This document shows positions 50,188-61,194 of a DNA stretch of 64,000 nucleotides, piece by piece. The first letter of the stretch is position 1. Each line of letters begins with the position of its first letter. The translations under genes were made by a program, and so were the position numbers. The stretch is from Nitrospirota bacterium (GTDB lineage: Bacteria > Nitrospirota > UBA9217). The stretch covers positions 1-64,000 of the forward strand of contig JAOUEV010000009.1 of NCBI GenBank assembly GCA_029858565.1. The letters are read 5' to 3'. The notes under the pieces were generated by a model, which made no database searches, was not told the origin of the DNA, and was given only the letters and a program-made list of their open reading frames with translations.

Positions 50188-52353
50188 ATGATGCAACAAC
50201 TCAATAAAGCCGCTTCCAGAACTCCCCGTGGTCAATACATGCGGGAGCAAATGGAAATTAAATTACAGTATTGGACCGGCAATGTGATGATTATGGGGAT
50301 CATCTTGTTTCCGCTCATATCAATTGCCGACTATTTCCGGACGAAAAGCGAGTTCGCCACGTTCGCGGGGTACAGAGCCGCCGTAACGCTGATATTGATA
50401 CTTACCTACTATCTGAACAAGATCAAAAGAAGTCTTCAATATCAGTATTCGCTTATTATCATTGGCACCATCGCATCGGCGGTTACCATAGAAGCAATGA
50501 TACTTTCCCTGGGTGGCCACCAATCCTCATATTATGCAGGGATGAGTTTGCTGGTGATCGGAGTGATAGGGCTGATTCCCTATGACATATATGTGGCTGT
50601 TCTGATGGCGGTAATCATCTACGCAATATACCTGGTGCCGATCCTCGTGCTGGATCCGATCACGAACAGCGCATTATTTGTGGAAAACAACGTATTCTTG
50701 TTGTCCACCATTGTCATTACATCAACGTGGCGCTATATCTTTCAGCGAATTATGCTGAATGAAATGAGTTTGCAGTACGAGCTCACGGAGGATCGAGATA
50801 AACTCGAACGCGAGGTTCAGCAGAGAACTCAGGACCTGTATCAGTCGGAGCTTTGGCACCGCTCGCTGTTCGAGAATGCGACTGACGGGATTATGGTCCT
50901 CGACAAAAGCGGCATCATTGTGAACGTCAATGCAAAAGCATGCGCAATCTACGGTTTCCCGCAGGAAGCCATGATAGGAACGCAAGTTGCGCTGCTGGCT
51001 GCCGAAGAAAAGGACCAAGTGGCAAATCGCCTTCACAAAATACTTGACGGCGAGACCATGTACTACGAGGCTGAGCACTACCGCCGGGACGGGAAGCGCA
51101 TTGCGGTCGAGATCAGCGCGAAGGCGATCAAACTGGGAAACGAGACCTACATCCAGTCATTCCAGCGCGATGTTACGGAAAAGAAAAAGATCCAGGACCA
51201 TCTGGTCCAGTCCCAGAAGATGGAATCCATCGGCATACTGGCCGGAGGCATTGCCCACGACTTCAACAACGTTCTGACCGCCATCCTCGGCTTTATCGGA
51301 TCGATCATGAAAGAGAACATCCAGAGCGAGAAGATACTGAAACGTCTGCGGGTCATGGAGCGGACCGCTCAGAATGCCTCGCGGATGGTATCACAGCTCC
51401 TGGGTTTCGCGCGGAAGAGCGAGATGAAGTTCGTTCCCCTGAACCTCCGGGACATCATTCTGGACACCTCAAAGCTCCTCGAAGGGTTTATGGAAAAAAC
51501 GGTAAGACTCGACCTGCAGATCGACCGAAATCTGCCGATCATCAAGGGGGATATCGCTCAACTGGAGCAGGTATTGATGAACCTCGTCATGAATGCGCGC
51601 GACGCCATGTCCGGAGGCGGGATTGTGACGATCAAGGCGGAAGCGGTCCGGGCGGGCGCCGGCACTCCGCACATCCCTCCGTATATTCCCGACGGCGAGT
51701 ATGTCGAGCTGACCGTATCCGACACGGGTCGCGGCATCCCCGAGAACATCAAGGACAAGATCTTCGAACCCTTTTTCACGACCAAGGACCGGGGAAAAGG
51801 GACCGGACTCGGACTTTCCATGGTGTACGGCTCCGTGACCGACCACCAAGGGTATATCACGGTCAGAAGCAAGGTAAACAAAGGAACGACATTCACCATC
51901 TACTTCCCCGTATGCGGAGAAGAACTGCCGACAGCGGCGGTGGAGAGCGGTCACCCGGTCCCGGCGAAGCTTGCGGGGAGCGAGACTGTACTGGTCGTGG
52001 ACGATGACGAGAACGTGCTGACCTTTGTCAAGGACACGCTCGAGTCCAACGGCTACCGGGTTCTGGCCACCAGCAGTCCCATGAATGCAATCGATCTGTT
52101 CACCAAGATGCACGAGGAGATCGACCTGGTGATCACCGATGTGATCATGCCGCTCATCGACGGCGGCGAGCTCATGCGGCAGGTCCGGGCGGTCAAGCCG
52201 GATGTCAAGGTGCTCACCATATCGGCCTACCGCGATTTCGGCGACCGTGCGGACGATATTCGCTCAACTCCGTTCCTCCAGAAACCCTTCAACGGCTCCC
52301 ATCTTCTCGCGACGATACGGAATATGCTCGACACCGGAAAAGTATCCGCCTAG
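50188..52353 (+). CDS. Membrane-bound PAS hybrid histidine kinase with PhcS-like N-terminal TM sensor
   Basis: ~6 TMs with SSYYAG; PAS; LAGGIAHDFNN, NLVMNARDAM, FEPFFTTK, GTGLGLS; receiver VDDD..TDVIMP..QKPF. Confidence 0.9.
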   Translation: MMQQLNKAASRTPRGQYMREQMEIKLQYWTGNVMIMGIILFPLISIADYFRTKSEFATFAGYRAAVTLILILTYYLNKIKRSLQYQYSLIIIGTIASAVTIEAMILSLGGHQSSYYAGMSLLVIGVIGLIPYDIYVAVLMAVIIYAIYLVPILVLDPITNSALFVENNVFLLSTIVITSTWRYIFQRIMLNEMSLQYELTEDRDKLEREVQQRTQDLYQSELWHRSLFENATDGIMVLDKSGIIVNVNAKACAIYGFPQEAMIGTQVALLAAEEKDQVANRLHKILDGETMYYEAEHYRRDGKRIAVEISAKAIKLGNETYIQSFQRDVTEKKKIQDHLVQSQKMESIGILAGGIAHDFNNVLTAILGFIGSIMKENIQSEKILKRLRVMERTAQNASRMVSQLLGFARKSEMKFVPLNLRDIILDTSKLLEGFMEKTVRLDLQIDRNLPIIKGDIAQLEQVLMNLVMNARDAMSGGGIVTIKAEAVRAGAGTPHIPPYIPDGEYVELTVSDTGRGIPENIKDKIFEPFFTTKDRGKGTGLGLSMVYGSVTDHQGYITVRSKVNKGTTFTIYFPVCGEELPTAAVESGHPVPAKLAGSETVLVVDDDENVLTFVKDTLESNGYRVLATSSPMNAIDLFTKMHEEIDLVITDVIMPLIDGGELMRQVRAVKPDVKVLTISAYRDFGDRADDIRSTPFLQKPFNGSHLLATIRNMLDTGKVSA

Positions 52354-52472
52354 TCCGCTGTACAACCGCATTCGGAAAAAGATCCGCTGTTCCGGCGACC
52401 ATCAAGCTGCGTGTCTGATCTGCGTCTCCTCTCAGGTAATTTCTGTTTATCATTTCATCAGTTGATTAATAA

Positions 52473-53468
<996 letters not shown>

Positions 53469-53472
53469 GCAA

Positions 53473-53620
53473 GGAATGCGGAATGCGGAATCCGGAGTGC
53501 GGAATGGTAATGAAAAACAAATTCGCGCAGAGGTAGGAGACGCGGAGAAATGATAGCCTGACAGCTTTGCCGTTAAGGAAAATGAATCAACCCGGCGCTC
53601 TCTGCGTGCTCCGCGCGAGA
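53473..53620. repeat. Heptamer tandem repeat plus degenerate octamer inverted element in the nifH-nifD spacer
   Basis: GGAATGC-GGAATGC-GGAATCC-GGAGTGC-GGAATGG; TCGCGCAGAG...CTCCGCGCGA. Confidence 0.7.
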
Positions 53621-53670
53621 TAGCATCGGATTGTCAATCGCTTCCGGTTCGTCCGGGTTAGGAGAAAATC

Positions 53671-55098
53671 ATGAGCGCAAATATCAAAGACACGCAAAGA
53701 ATGATCGAAGAAGTCCTGGAAGCCTACCCCGAGAAGTCGAAAAAGGACCGGGCCAAGCACCTTGCTGCGAACGATCCCACAGGGCAGTGCAGCGCCTGCC
53801 AGGTGAAGTCGAACATCAAGTCCCGGCCCGGGGTCATGACCGTGCGCGGCTGCGCGTACGCGGGCGCAAAGGGCGTGGTCTGGGGACCGGTGAAGGACCA
53901 GATCACGATCAGTCACGGTCCTGTGGGCTGCGGCCAGTATTCCTGGTGGTCACGCAGGAATTACTATAACGGCCAGACCGGCATAGACGCCTTCGGCACG
54001 ATGCATATCACCACCGACTTTCAGGAGAAGAACATCGTTTATGGCGGAGACAAGGGGCTGGATGCGGCAATCAAGGAGCTGCATGGCCTGTTTCCGCTCG
54101 GCCGGGGTATCGGCATCCTGTCCGAATGCCCTGTAGGCCTTATCGGCGACGATATCGAGGCGGTCTCGAAGCGTGTGGCAAAGGAGATCAATATCCCGAT
54201 CGTTCCGGTGCGGTGCGAAGGGTTCCGCGGTGTTTCCCAGTCCCTGGGCCACCATATCGCGAACGACACGATCCGCGACTACGTGCTTGGCAAGGGTACG
54301 CTTGAAAAGACCACTCCCTACGACGTGAACCTGATCGGCGACTACAATATCGGCGGAGATGCCTGGGCGTCGCGCAAGATCCTCGAAGAGATGGGCTTGC
54401 GCGTGATCGCCCAGTACACCGGCGACTCGACGATCAACGAGATCGGGATAGCGACCAAGGCGAAGCTGAACCTGATCCACTGCTACCGGTCCATGAACTA
54501 CATCTGCCGTCACATGGAAGAGACCTACGGTATACCGTGGATGGAGTTCAACTTCTTCGGACCCACGAAGACGATAGACAGCATCAGGAAGATCGCGGCC
54601 AAGTTCGACGAGAAGATCCAGAAGAACGCCGAGGCGGTGATCGCGAAATATCAGCCGCTTATGGACAAGGTGGTTGAGCAGTATCGGCCGAAGTTGGAAG
54701 GCAAGAAAGTGATGCTCTATGTCGGCGGTCTGCGGCCGCGCCATACCATCGGCGCCTATGAGGATCTTGGTATGGAAGTCGTGGCCTCAGGTTATGAGTT
54801 CGGCCATGGCGACGATTACAAGCGAACCTATCCTGAGATGAAGGAAGGCGCGGTGATCATGGATGACGCGACGCTGTACGAGCTTGAGGAGTTCACCCGA
54901 AGGCTCAAGCCCGACATGGTGGGTTCGGGCATCAAGGAAAAGTATTCCTACCACAAGCTCGGGGTGCCGTTCAGGCAGATGCATTCCTGGGATTATTCGG
55001 GGCCTTATCACGGATTCGACGGGTTCCCGGTCTTCGCGCGGGACATGGATATGACCGTGAACAGCCCGACGTGGGGATTAATCCGAAGGAAGAAGTAG
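53671..55098 (+). CDS. nifD: Nitrogenase MoFe protein alpha chain
   Basis: [43 protein letters not shown]. Confidence 0.97.
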   Translation: MSANIKDTQRMIEEVLEAYPEKSKKDRAKHLAANDPTGQCSACQVKSNIKSRPGVMTVRGCAYAGAKGVVWGPVKDQITISHGPVGCGQYSWWSRRNYYNGQTGIDAFGTMHITTDFQEKNIVYGGDKGLDAAIKELHGLFPLGRGIGILSECPVGLIGDDIEAVSKRVAKEINIPIVPVRCEGFRGVSQSLGHHIANDTIRDYVLGKGTLEKTTPYDVNLIGDYNIGGDAWASRKILEEMGLRVIAQYTGDSTINEIGIATKAKLNLIHCYRSMNYICRHMEETYGIPWMEFNFFGPTKTIDSIRKIAAKFDEKIQKNAEAVIAKYQPLMDKVVEQYRPKLEGKKVMLYVGGLRPRHTIGAYEDLGMEVVASGYEFGHGDDYKRTYPEMKEGAVIMDDATLYELEEFTRRLKPDMVGSGIKEKYSYHKLGVPFRQMHSWDYSGPYHGFDGFPVFARDMDMTVNSPTWGLIRRKK

Positions 55099-55146
55099 GA
55101 ACGAAGAATTAAGAAAAGAAGCTCGAAAACAAAAGACAAAGCATCT

Positions 55147-55240
55147 ACCGCTGAGCCGCGGAGACGCAGAGAACGGCGATTATATAGAAGTTTGAAAGAA
55201 ACTAATTCGGTTTTCCTCGGCGCCTCGGCGTCTCTGCGGT
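55147..55240. repeat. Octamer tandem/inverted repeat element
   Basis: ACCGCTGAGCCGCGGAGACGCAGAG ... CTCGGCGCCTCGGCGTCTCTGCGGT. Confidence 0.8.
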
Positions 55241-55261
55241 GAAAAAAGTCTGGAGGATTCT

Positions 55262-56770
55262 ATGAAGATCAGAGACCATAGCGAGTTGTTCAAACAGCAG
55301 GATTACCAGGAGCAATTCCAACGCAAGAAGGAATTCGAGAACGGCTGGCCCGCGGAGAAGGTGAAGGAGGTCTCCGAGTGGACCAAGACCAAGGAGTACC
55401 AGGAGCTGAACTTCAAGCGGGAGAATATCAAGATCAATCCCGCGAAGGCCTGCCAGCCCCTGGGAGCGGTGTTCTGCGCATCAGGATTCGCCGGCGCCAT
55501 GCCTTTTGTGCAGGGAGCGCAGGGATGTGTTGCCTATTTCCGCAGCCATCTTTCCCGCCACTTCAAGGAGCCTTTTGCCGCCATTTCCACGTCCATGACC
55601 GAGGACGCGGCGGTCTTCGGCGGCCTGAACAACATGCTGGAGGGCCTGGAGAACGCCCATACGTTGTATAAACCGAAGATGATAGCGGTCTCCACGACCT
55701 GCATGGCCGAGGTGATCGGCGATGATCTGAACGCCTACATCAAGACCGCGAAGGAGAAAGGCGTCATACCGCAGGACCTTCCGGTGCCTTTCGCGCATAC
55801 CCCGAGCTTTGTGGGCTCCCACATCGTGGGCTACGATAACATGATGAAGGGCATACTAAAGACACTTTCGGCGGGAAAGAAAGGCGAATCAAACGGGAAA
55901 GTGAACATTATCCCCGGATTCGACACCTACACGGGCGATTATCACGAGATCAAGCGTCTGATGGGCTTGATGGGAGTAGAGGCCACGGTGCTTGCCGATG
56001 TGAGCGACACCTTTGATTCTCCCAACACCGGTGAATACAAGCTTTACCCCGGAGGCACGCCGCTCGATGCCGCAATGGACGCGGTGAACGCCGTCGGATC
56101 GATCGCGCTTCAGAGCTATTCCACGGCAAAGACCATGGATTTCATTGAGAAGGAATGGGGCCATCAAAAAAGGCTGTCCATAACCCCTATCGGCGTAAGA
56201 AATACCGATAAGTTCTTTGAAGAACTGAGCAAGCTTACCGGCAAGGCAATGCCGGCTGCAATCGAGGCAGAACGGGGCAGGGCTGTTGATGCTATGGTGG
56301 ATTCGCACCCCTATGTTCACGGCAAACGCTTTGCCCTGGTTGGCGATCCGGACATGCTGCTCGGCATGATCAGCCTGATCATGGAAATGGGCGGCGAGCC
56401 CGTGCATGTGGTCTGCACGAACGGGGACAAGAAATTCGAGGCCGAAGCAAAGGAACTGCTCGCATCGAGTCCCTTTGGCGCCAATGCCACGGTATACGCG
56501 GGCAAGGACATGTGGCACCTCCGGTCGCTCCTGTTCACGGACCCGGTGGACCTTCTGGTCGGGAACTCCTATGCAAAGTTCCTGAAGCAGGATACGGGAA
56601 CGCCCCTGGTGCGGTTCGGTTTCCCGATCTTCGACCGGCACCATCTGCACCGTCAGCCGGTGATCGGGTATCAGGGCGTGATCAATCTTGTGACCATGCT
56701 GGTGAATACGGCATTGGAGGAGCTGGACAAGAAGACCGAAGGGTCGGCGAGCTTTGATGTGATCAGATAA
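55262..56770 (+). CDS. nifK: Nitrogenase MoFe protein beta chain
   Basis: NPAKACQPLGA, QGCVAYFR, TTCMAEVIGDD, HTPSFVGSH, GFPIFDRHH. Confidence 0.97.
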   Translation: MKIRDHSELFKQQDYQEQFQRKKEFENGWPAEKVKEVSEWTKTKEYQELNFKRENIKINPAKACQPLGAVFCASGFAGAMPFVQGAQGCVAYFRSHLSRHFKEPFAAISTSMTEDAAVFGGLNNMLEGLENAHTLYKPKMIAVSTTCMAEVIGDDLNAYIKTAKEKGVIPQDLPVPFAHTPSFVGSHIVGYDNMMKGILKTLSAGKKGESNGKVNIIPGFDTYTGDYHEIKRLMGLMGVEATVLADVSDTFDSPNTGEYKLYPGGTPLDAAMDAVNAVGSIALQSYSTAKTMDFIEKEWGHQKRLSITPIGVRNTDKFFEELSKLTGKAMPAAIEAERGRAVDAMVDSHPYVHGKRFALVGDPDMLLGMISLIMEMGGEPVHVVCTNGDKKFEAEAKELLASSPFGANATVYAGKDMWHLRSLLFTDPVDLLVGNSYAKFLKQDTGTPLVRFGFPIFDRHHLHRQPVIGYQGVINLVTMLVNTALEELDKKTEGSASFDVIR

Positions 56771-56773
56771 TTC

Positions 56774-56831
56774 GTAGGGGCGGCCCCGCGTGGCCGCCCT
56801 ATGCAGGGCAACCACATGGGGTTGCCCCTAC
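56774..56831. repeat. GTAG-type REP doublet, copy 2
   Basis: GTAGGGGCGGCCCCGCGTGGCCGCCC...GGGCAACCACATGGGGTTGCCCCTAC. Confidence 0.85.
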
Positions 56832-56843
56832 GGAGAGAATCTT

Positions 56844-59474
56844 ATGACCACGGCAATCGACAAATACACGGCAGACGGATGCGCCACCGACGACAAGCAC
56901 AAGGTCTGTCGTTCCCGGGGCGGAGAATCCTGCGCTTTCGACGGTGCGATGATCGTGCTCCAGCCGATAAAGGACGCTGCACACGTGGTCCACGGTCCTA
57001 TCGCCTGCTGCGGCAATTCATGGGAGGGCAGGGGCACACTGTCGCGTTCCGTGAATGCGGCCGAGTTCCCCCTGGTCCGCATGGGCTTCACGACCGACAT
57101 GACGGAGATTGACATTGTTTACGGAGCTGAAGAAAAGCTCTACCGGGGGATACTGAAGACCGCGGCCCGGGTGAAGCCAAAGGCCCTGTTTGTCCACGCA
57201 ACCTGTGTGAGCGGTCTGATCGGCGAAGACATAAACGCTGTCTGCAAAAGGGCGCAGCTTGAACTCGGCATCCCGGTGATCCCGGTCAATGCTCCGGGTT
57301 TCACCGGTCCCAAGAACCTGGGCAACCGGATCGCCGGGGAGGTGCTCCTGGACCATGTCATCGGTACTGACGAGCCTCCTGTGCAAACGCACTTCGACAT
57401 CAACCTTATCGGCGAATACAATATCGCCGGCGACCTTTGGCTGGTCGAGCCGCTACTGACAGCCGCGGGTATTCATGTCCTGTCAAGGATCACCGGAGAC
57501 GCGACCTTTGAAGAGATCACCTGGGCGCACCGGGCAAAGCTTAATGTGGTGGTCTGCGGCAGAGCGCTGATCAACGTTGCCCGGGAGATGGAACGGAGAT
57601 ATGGCATTCCTTTTGTGGAAGTGTCGTTCTTCGGCAGCACCGAAATTGCCAAGGCACTACGGGCTATCGGCAACAAACTGCAGGAGTCGGGATGCGCGGG
57701 CCTCCTCGATGTCGTAGAAACGCATATTAAGGTCGCTGAAAAGAAGCTCCAGGAAGAACTAAAGCCTTACAGACACTTGCGCGGCACGAAGGCTGTGCTT
57801 TACACGGGCGGAGTAAAAAGCTGGTCGTTCATATCGGCGCTCCGGGACCTGGGTATCGAGGTCGTTGCCGTGGGAACGAAGAAGAGCACGTTCGAGGACG
57901 AGGAGAAAATGAAAGAACTTCTCGGGCCGCAGGCGCCTCTCATTGAGGACGTTACCCCGAAGAACCTGCTGCGGCTCTTGAAGGAACACAAAGCCGATAT
58001 GCTGATCGCGGGAGGAAGGAATCAGTATCTGGCTGTCAAGGAAGGGTATCCTTTTGTTGATGTGAACCAGGAGCGCCATACTGCCTACGCGGGATATGAT
58101 GGACTGGTCAATCTGGCGGAGCAGATCAGCAATGGCATGCGGTTCTACAAAGGCAGTGCGAAGTGCGAAGTGCGGAGTGTGGATTACGGAGCAAAGACGA
58201 CCACGGCCAAAGAACTAAATTCCGCACTCAGAATCAATCCCCTGAAGCATTCTCCCGCCATTGGTGCTGCCATGGCGATCCAGGGCATCCACAACGCGCT
58301 GCCGATTATCCATGGAGCGCAGGGTTGCGGATTTCTCGGCAAGGTATTGTTGACGAAACACTTTCGGGAGCCTGTCGCGCTTGCCACATCCAAGCTTTTT
58401 GTCGAAGACGTGGTGATGGGCAGCGAGGAGCGGTTGATCAATACCGTGAAGGATTTCATGGAAAAGAGTTCGCCTGACCTGATCGCCGTGCTTACCTCGG
58501 GGCTTTCGGAAGTGAAAGGGGACGATGTTCAAGCAGTTGTCAGGAAGCAGGAAGCAGAAGCAGGAAGTAACGGAAGGAATACGTCGATCATTCATGTATC
58601 GACACCGGACTATGACGGAGGACTTGAATCGGGCTACGCAAAGGCAGTAGAGGCAGCTCTGGAAATTGCGGTGCGCGAAGTGCGGAGCGCGGAGTCGGAT
58701 CAAATCAACGTTCTAGCGGGTTCACACCTGACGCCCGGAGATATCAACGAGCTGCGTGACATTGTCGAGTCCTTCGGACTGCGGCCGATCATTCTTCCTG
58801 ATCTGTCGTCGCTCGACGGCAGCAGGCAAGGCTTCTCGGGTCTTTCCAAGGGAGGAACACAGTTAACGGACATCCGGTCCATGGGTTCTTCACTCCGGAC
58901 GTTCGCGATCGGCAGAAGCATGGAGCGGGCGGCCGGAATTCTCCGGGACCGCTACGGTGTCGCCGCTGTTCTTCTTGATTCTGTAGCCGGACTGGAAGAT
59001 ACCGACAGGTTGCTGCATGAACTGAGCCTTGTCAGCGGCCGTCGGATACCGGAACGTTACCAGCGGCAGCGCAGGATGCTTGTGGACGGAGTGCGGGACG
59101 GACAGTTCTATTTCGGATCAAAGAGGGTCTGCCTGGCGCTGGAACCGGATCACTCCTTGCAGATGTCCCGGTGGCTCAGGGAGACAGGGGCGACAACGGC
59201 ATTGAGCATCATTCCAACACTGAGCAACGCAGCGGATCACATCGAAGCGGAGCATGTGGAGATCGGAGACCTCTTCTCGATCCAGGGAAAATACGATCTG
59301 ATCATCGCGAATTCTCATGCTCAGGAAAGCGCGGAGCAAATGAGGATCCCGCTCTATGAAGCGGGGTTTCCAGTCTTTAAATCGCTGGGATATGCGCAAA
59401 AGGCGATGGTCGGGTATCGAGGAGCACTTGCCATGGTGAATGAGATCGGGAGTTTGTTAATGCGGGGGCATTAA
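56844..59474 (+). CDS. nifEN: Fused FeMo-cofactor scaffold NifEN
   Basis: NifE half: CAFDGA, HGPIAC, YTGGVKSWS, DVNQER; NifN half: NPLKHSPAIGA, HGAQGC, RHF/KHFREP-type motif. Confidence 0.93.
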   Translation: MTTAIDKYTADGCATDDKHKVCRSRGGESCAFDGAMIVLQPIKDAAHVVHGPIACCGNSWEGRGTLSRSVNAAEFPLVRMGFTTDMTEIDIVYGAEEKLYRGILKTAARVKPKALFVHATCVSGLIGEDINAVCKRAQLELGIPVIPVNAPGFTGPKNLGNRIAGEVLLDHVIGTDEPPVQTHFDINLIGEYNIAGDLWLVEPLLTAAGIHVLSRITGDATFEEITWAHRAKLNVVVCGRALINVAREMERRYGIPFVEVSFFGSTEIAKALRAIGNKLQESGCAGLLDVVETHIKVAEKKLQEELKPYRHLRGTKAVLYTGGVKSWSFISALRDLGIEVVAVGTKKSTFEDEEKMKELLGPQAPLIEDVTPKNLLRLLKEHKADMLIAGGRNQYLAVKEGYPFVDVNQERHTAYAGYDGLVNLAEQISNGMRFYKGSAKCEVRSVDYGAKTTTAKELNSALRINPLKHSPAIGAAMAIQGIHNALPIIHGAQGCGFLGKVLLTKHFREPVALATSKLFVEDVVMGSEERLINTVKDFMEKSSPDLIAVLTSGLSEVKGDDVQAVVRKQEAEAGSNGRNTSIIHVSTPDYDGGLESGYAKAVEAALEIAVREVRSAESDQINVLAGSHLTPGDINELRDIVESFGLRPIILPDLSSLDGSRQGFSGLSKGGTQLTDIRSMGSSLRTFAIGRSMERAAGILRDRYGVAAVLLDSVAGLEDTDRLLHELSLVSGRRIPERYQRQRRMLVDGVRDGQFYFGSKRVCLALEPDHSLQMSRWLRETGATTALSIIPTLSNAADHIEAEHVEIGDLFSIQGKYDLIIANSHAQESAEQMRIPLYEAGFPVFKSLGYAQKAMVGYRGALAMVNEIGSLLMRGH

Positions 59475-59509
59475 GAGACCGGAAGGGGTAAGGGGGAAGG
59501 AGGAACGTC

Positions 59510-59902
59510 ATGAAGGTCGCATTCGCTACATCCGACGGGAAAAATGTTGATGAACATTTCGGCAGAGCAGGGAAGTTTGCGGTCTATGAGATGAACGCAA
59601 GCGGTTTCCTGTATCTGGAAACGAGGACCTTTGCCGAAGGACTGGACCTGGCAGTCACATCCACAAAGGACAAGGGGCAGGCGCATGAAGACGCTGTGCA
59701 GGCAAAGGTGGAAAAACTCGCCGACTGCAGGCTGATCTATCTGACGGAGATCGGCGGACCGTCAGCCGCGCGTCTGGTCCGTAAGGGCATCATGCCGATG
59801 AAGGTCAAGGAATCCGGGCCCATTGAGATAGAGCTTGACCGTCTCTCGACACTCATAAGGACATCGCCGCCGCCGTGGTTGAAAAAGTCGATAAACAATT
59901 AA
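59510..59902 (+). CDS. nifX: FeMo-cofactor carrier NifX
   Basis: MKVAFATSD..VDEHFG, IGGPSAARLV, PPPWL. Confidence 0.9.
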   Translation: MKVAFATSDGKNVDEHFGRAGKFAVYEMNASGFLYLETRTFAEGLDLAVTSTKDKGQAHEDAVQAKVEKLADCRLIYLTEIGGPSAARLVRKGIMPMKVKESGPIEIELDRLSTLIRTSPPPWLKKSINN

Positions 59903-59917
59903 GGGAATATCGCGAAT

Positions 59918-59974
59918 TTAGGGGCGGTCCTGCGTGGCCGCCCGGGGAGGGCAACCACATAGGGTTGCCCCTAC
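59918..59974. repeat. REP doublet, copy 3
   Basis: TTAGGGGCGGTCCTGCGTGGCCGCCC...GGGCAACCACATAGGGTTGCCCCTAC. Confidence 0.85.
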
Positions 59975-60004
59975 TTAATATCTGAGGAACGAAGGAGGCA
60001 TGCA

Positions 60005-60322
60005 ATGAAGATGATTCGAGCTTTTATCAGGCCGGAAAAAGAGCAGGAAGTGGTGTTGGCGCTGGATGGTGCGGGCTTCCCCTCGCTCACCAAGATGCCG
60101 GTGTTCGGAAGGGGAAAGCAAAAGGGGCTCACCGTCGGGCCGGTCCATTACGACGAGTTGCCCAAGACGCTTATTATGACCGTTGTCGAGGACAAGGACA
60201 CCGACAAGGTCATTAAAGTGATCCAGGACAAGGCAAAGACCGGTTTCATCGGCGACGGCAAGATCTTTGTCAGCCCGGTGGAGACCGCTTTTACGGTCAG
60301 AACCGGCGAAGCAGTGCTGTAA
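60005..60322 (+). CDS. nifI1: P-II family regulator NifI1
   Basis: MIRAFIRPEK, VFGRGKQKG, YDELPK, GDGKIFV. Confidence 0.88.
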   Translation: MKMIRAFIRPEKEQEVVLALDGAGFPSLTKMPVFGRGKQKGLTVGPVHYDELPKTLIMTVVEDKDTDKVIKVIQDKAKTGFIGDGKIFVSPVETAFTVRTGEAVL

Positions 60323-60406
60323 GAAGTGTGGAATGCGAAGTGCGGGGTAAGAAGCGAATCCATCACCGCTCTTCTGCGGCAATATATTTAATTTGGAGGT
60401 TTCAAT

Positions 60407-60823
60407 ATGAAGGAAATAACTGCCATCATTCGACGGGACAAGCTTCCCGAGACCAAGAAAGCCCTGGACGACCTCGGCTATCCATCGCTCACGATCCAGA
60501 GCGTTGAGGGCCGGGGCAAGCAAAGGGGCGCCATGTGCGGGGAGATGGATTCGGAACTGCCGGAAAGCTTCTGTACCACGGCAAAGCTTAAACCCACACC
60601 GTCCGCTTATGCGCTGGAGCATACGCTCCCCAAGGTGGCGCTCTATGTGCCCAAGCGGCTCCTGACCATCGTGGTCCCCGACGACGTGGTCACGACCGTG
60701 GTCAAGTCGATCGTGAAGGTGAACCAGACAGGTAAAGCAGGCGACGGCAAGATCTTCGTGGCGCCCGTGGAGGGTGCACTGCGGGTCCGGACCGGGGAAA
60801 AGAACGGGGAAGCAATAGCGTAA
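60407..60823 (+). CDS. nifI2: P-II family regulator NifI2
   Basis: MKEITAIIR, GRGKQRG, long T-loop, PKRLLTIVVPD, VNQTGKAGDGKIFV. Confidence 0.88.
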   Translation: MKEITAIIRRDKLPETKKALDDLGYPSLTIQSVEGRGKQRGAMCGEMDSELPESFCTTAKLKPTPSAYALEHTLPKVALYVPKRLLTIVVPDDVVTTVVKSIVKVNQTGKAGDGKIFVAPVEGALRVRTGEKNGEAIA

Positions 60824-60908
60824 AGAACGTGGCCGGTGGCCCGTAGCCTGGAAGTGCGAATTCCCGGCTCCCGGCTACCGGACCCTGGTCCCATTTTGGG
60901 AGGTTGTT

Positions 60909-61187
60909 ATGTCTCAAATAATCGGAACCACCCGGGGCGGGAAGTCCTGGAAACCCCGGTTTATCGATGCCATTGTAATGGAAAAGTGCATCGGCTGCGG
61001 ACGCTGCTACAAGGTCTGCGGTTTCGATGTGCTCGAGTTGATCGAAAAGCCTTTTGAAGGTGAAGACGAATACGGCGATGACATGGGCAACAAGGTCATG
61101 TCCGTGGCGCGGCCGGAGAACTGCATCGGCTGTGAAGCCTGCGCCAGGACCTGTACGAAGAAATGTCACGTACACGTTGAATTGTGA
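60909..61187 (+). CDS. fdxB: nif-specific ferredoxin III (2x4Fe-4S)
   Basis: TRGGKSWKP, CIGCGRCYKVC, CIGCEACARTC. Confidence 0.85.
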   Translation: MSQIIGTTRGGKSWKPRFIDAIVMEKCIGCGRCYKVCGFDVLELIEKPFEGEDEYGDDMGNKVMSVARPENCIGCEACARTCTKKCHVHVEL

Positions 61188-61194
61188 GCTGCCA

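Noticed and set aside
53671-56770. Alternative V or Fe nitrogenase
   Set aside because: No G subunit between D and K; Mo-type motifs (HCYRS, MHSWDY), nifEN and modAB are present.
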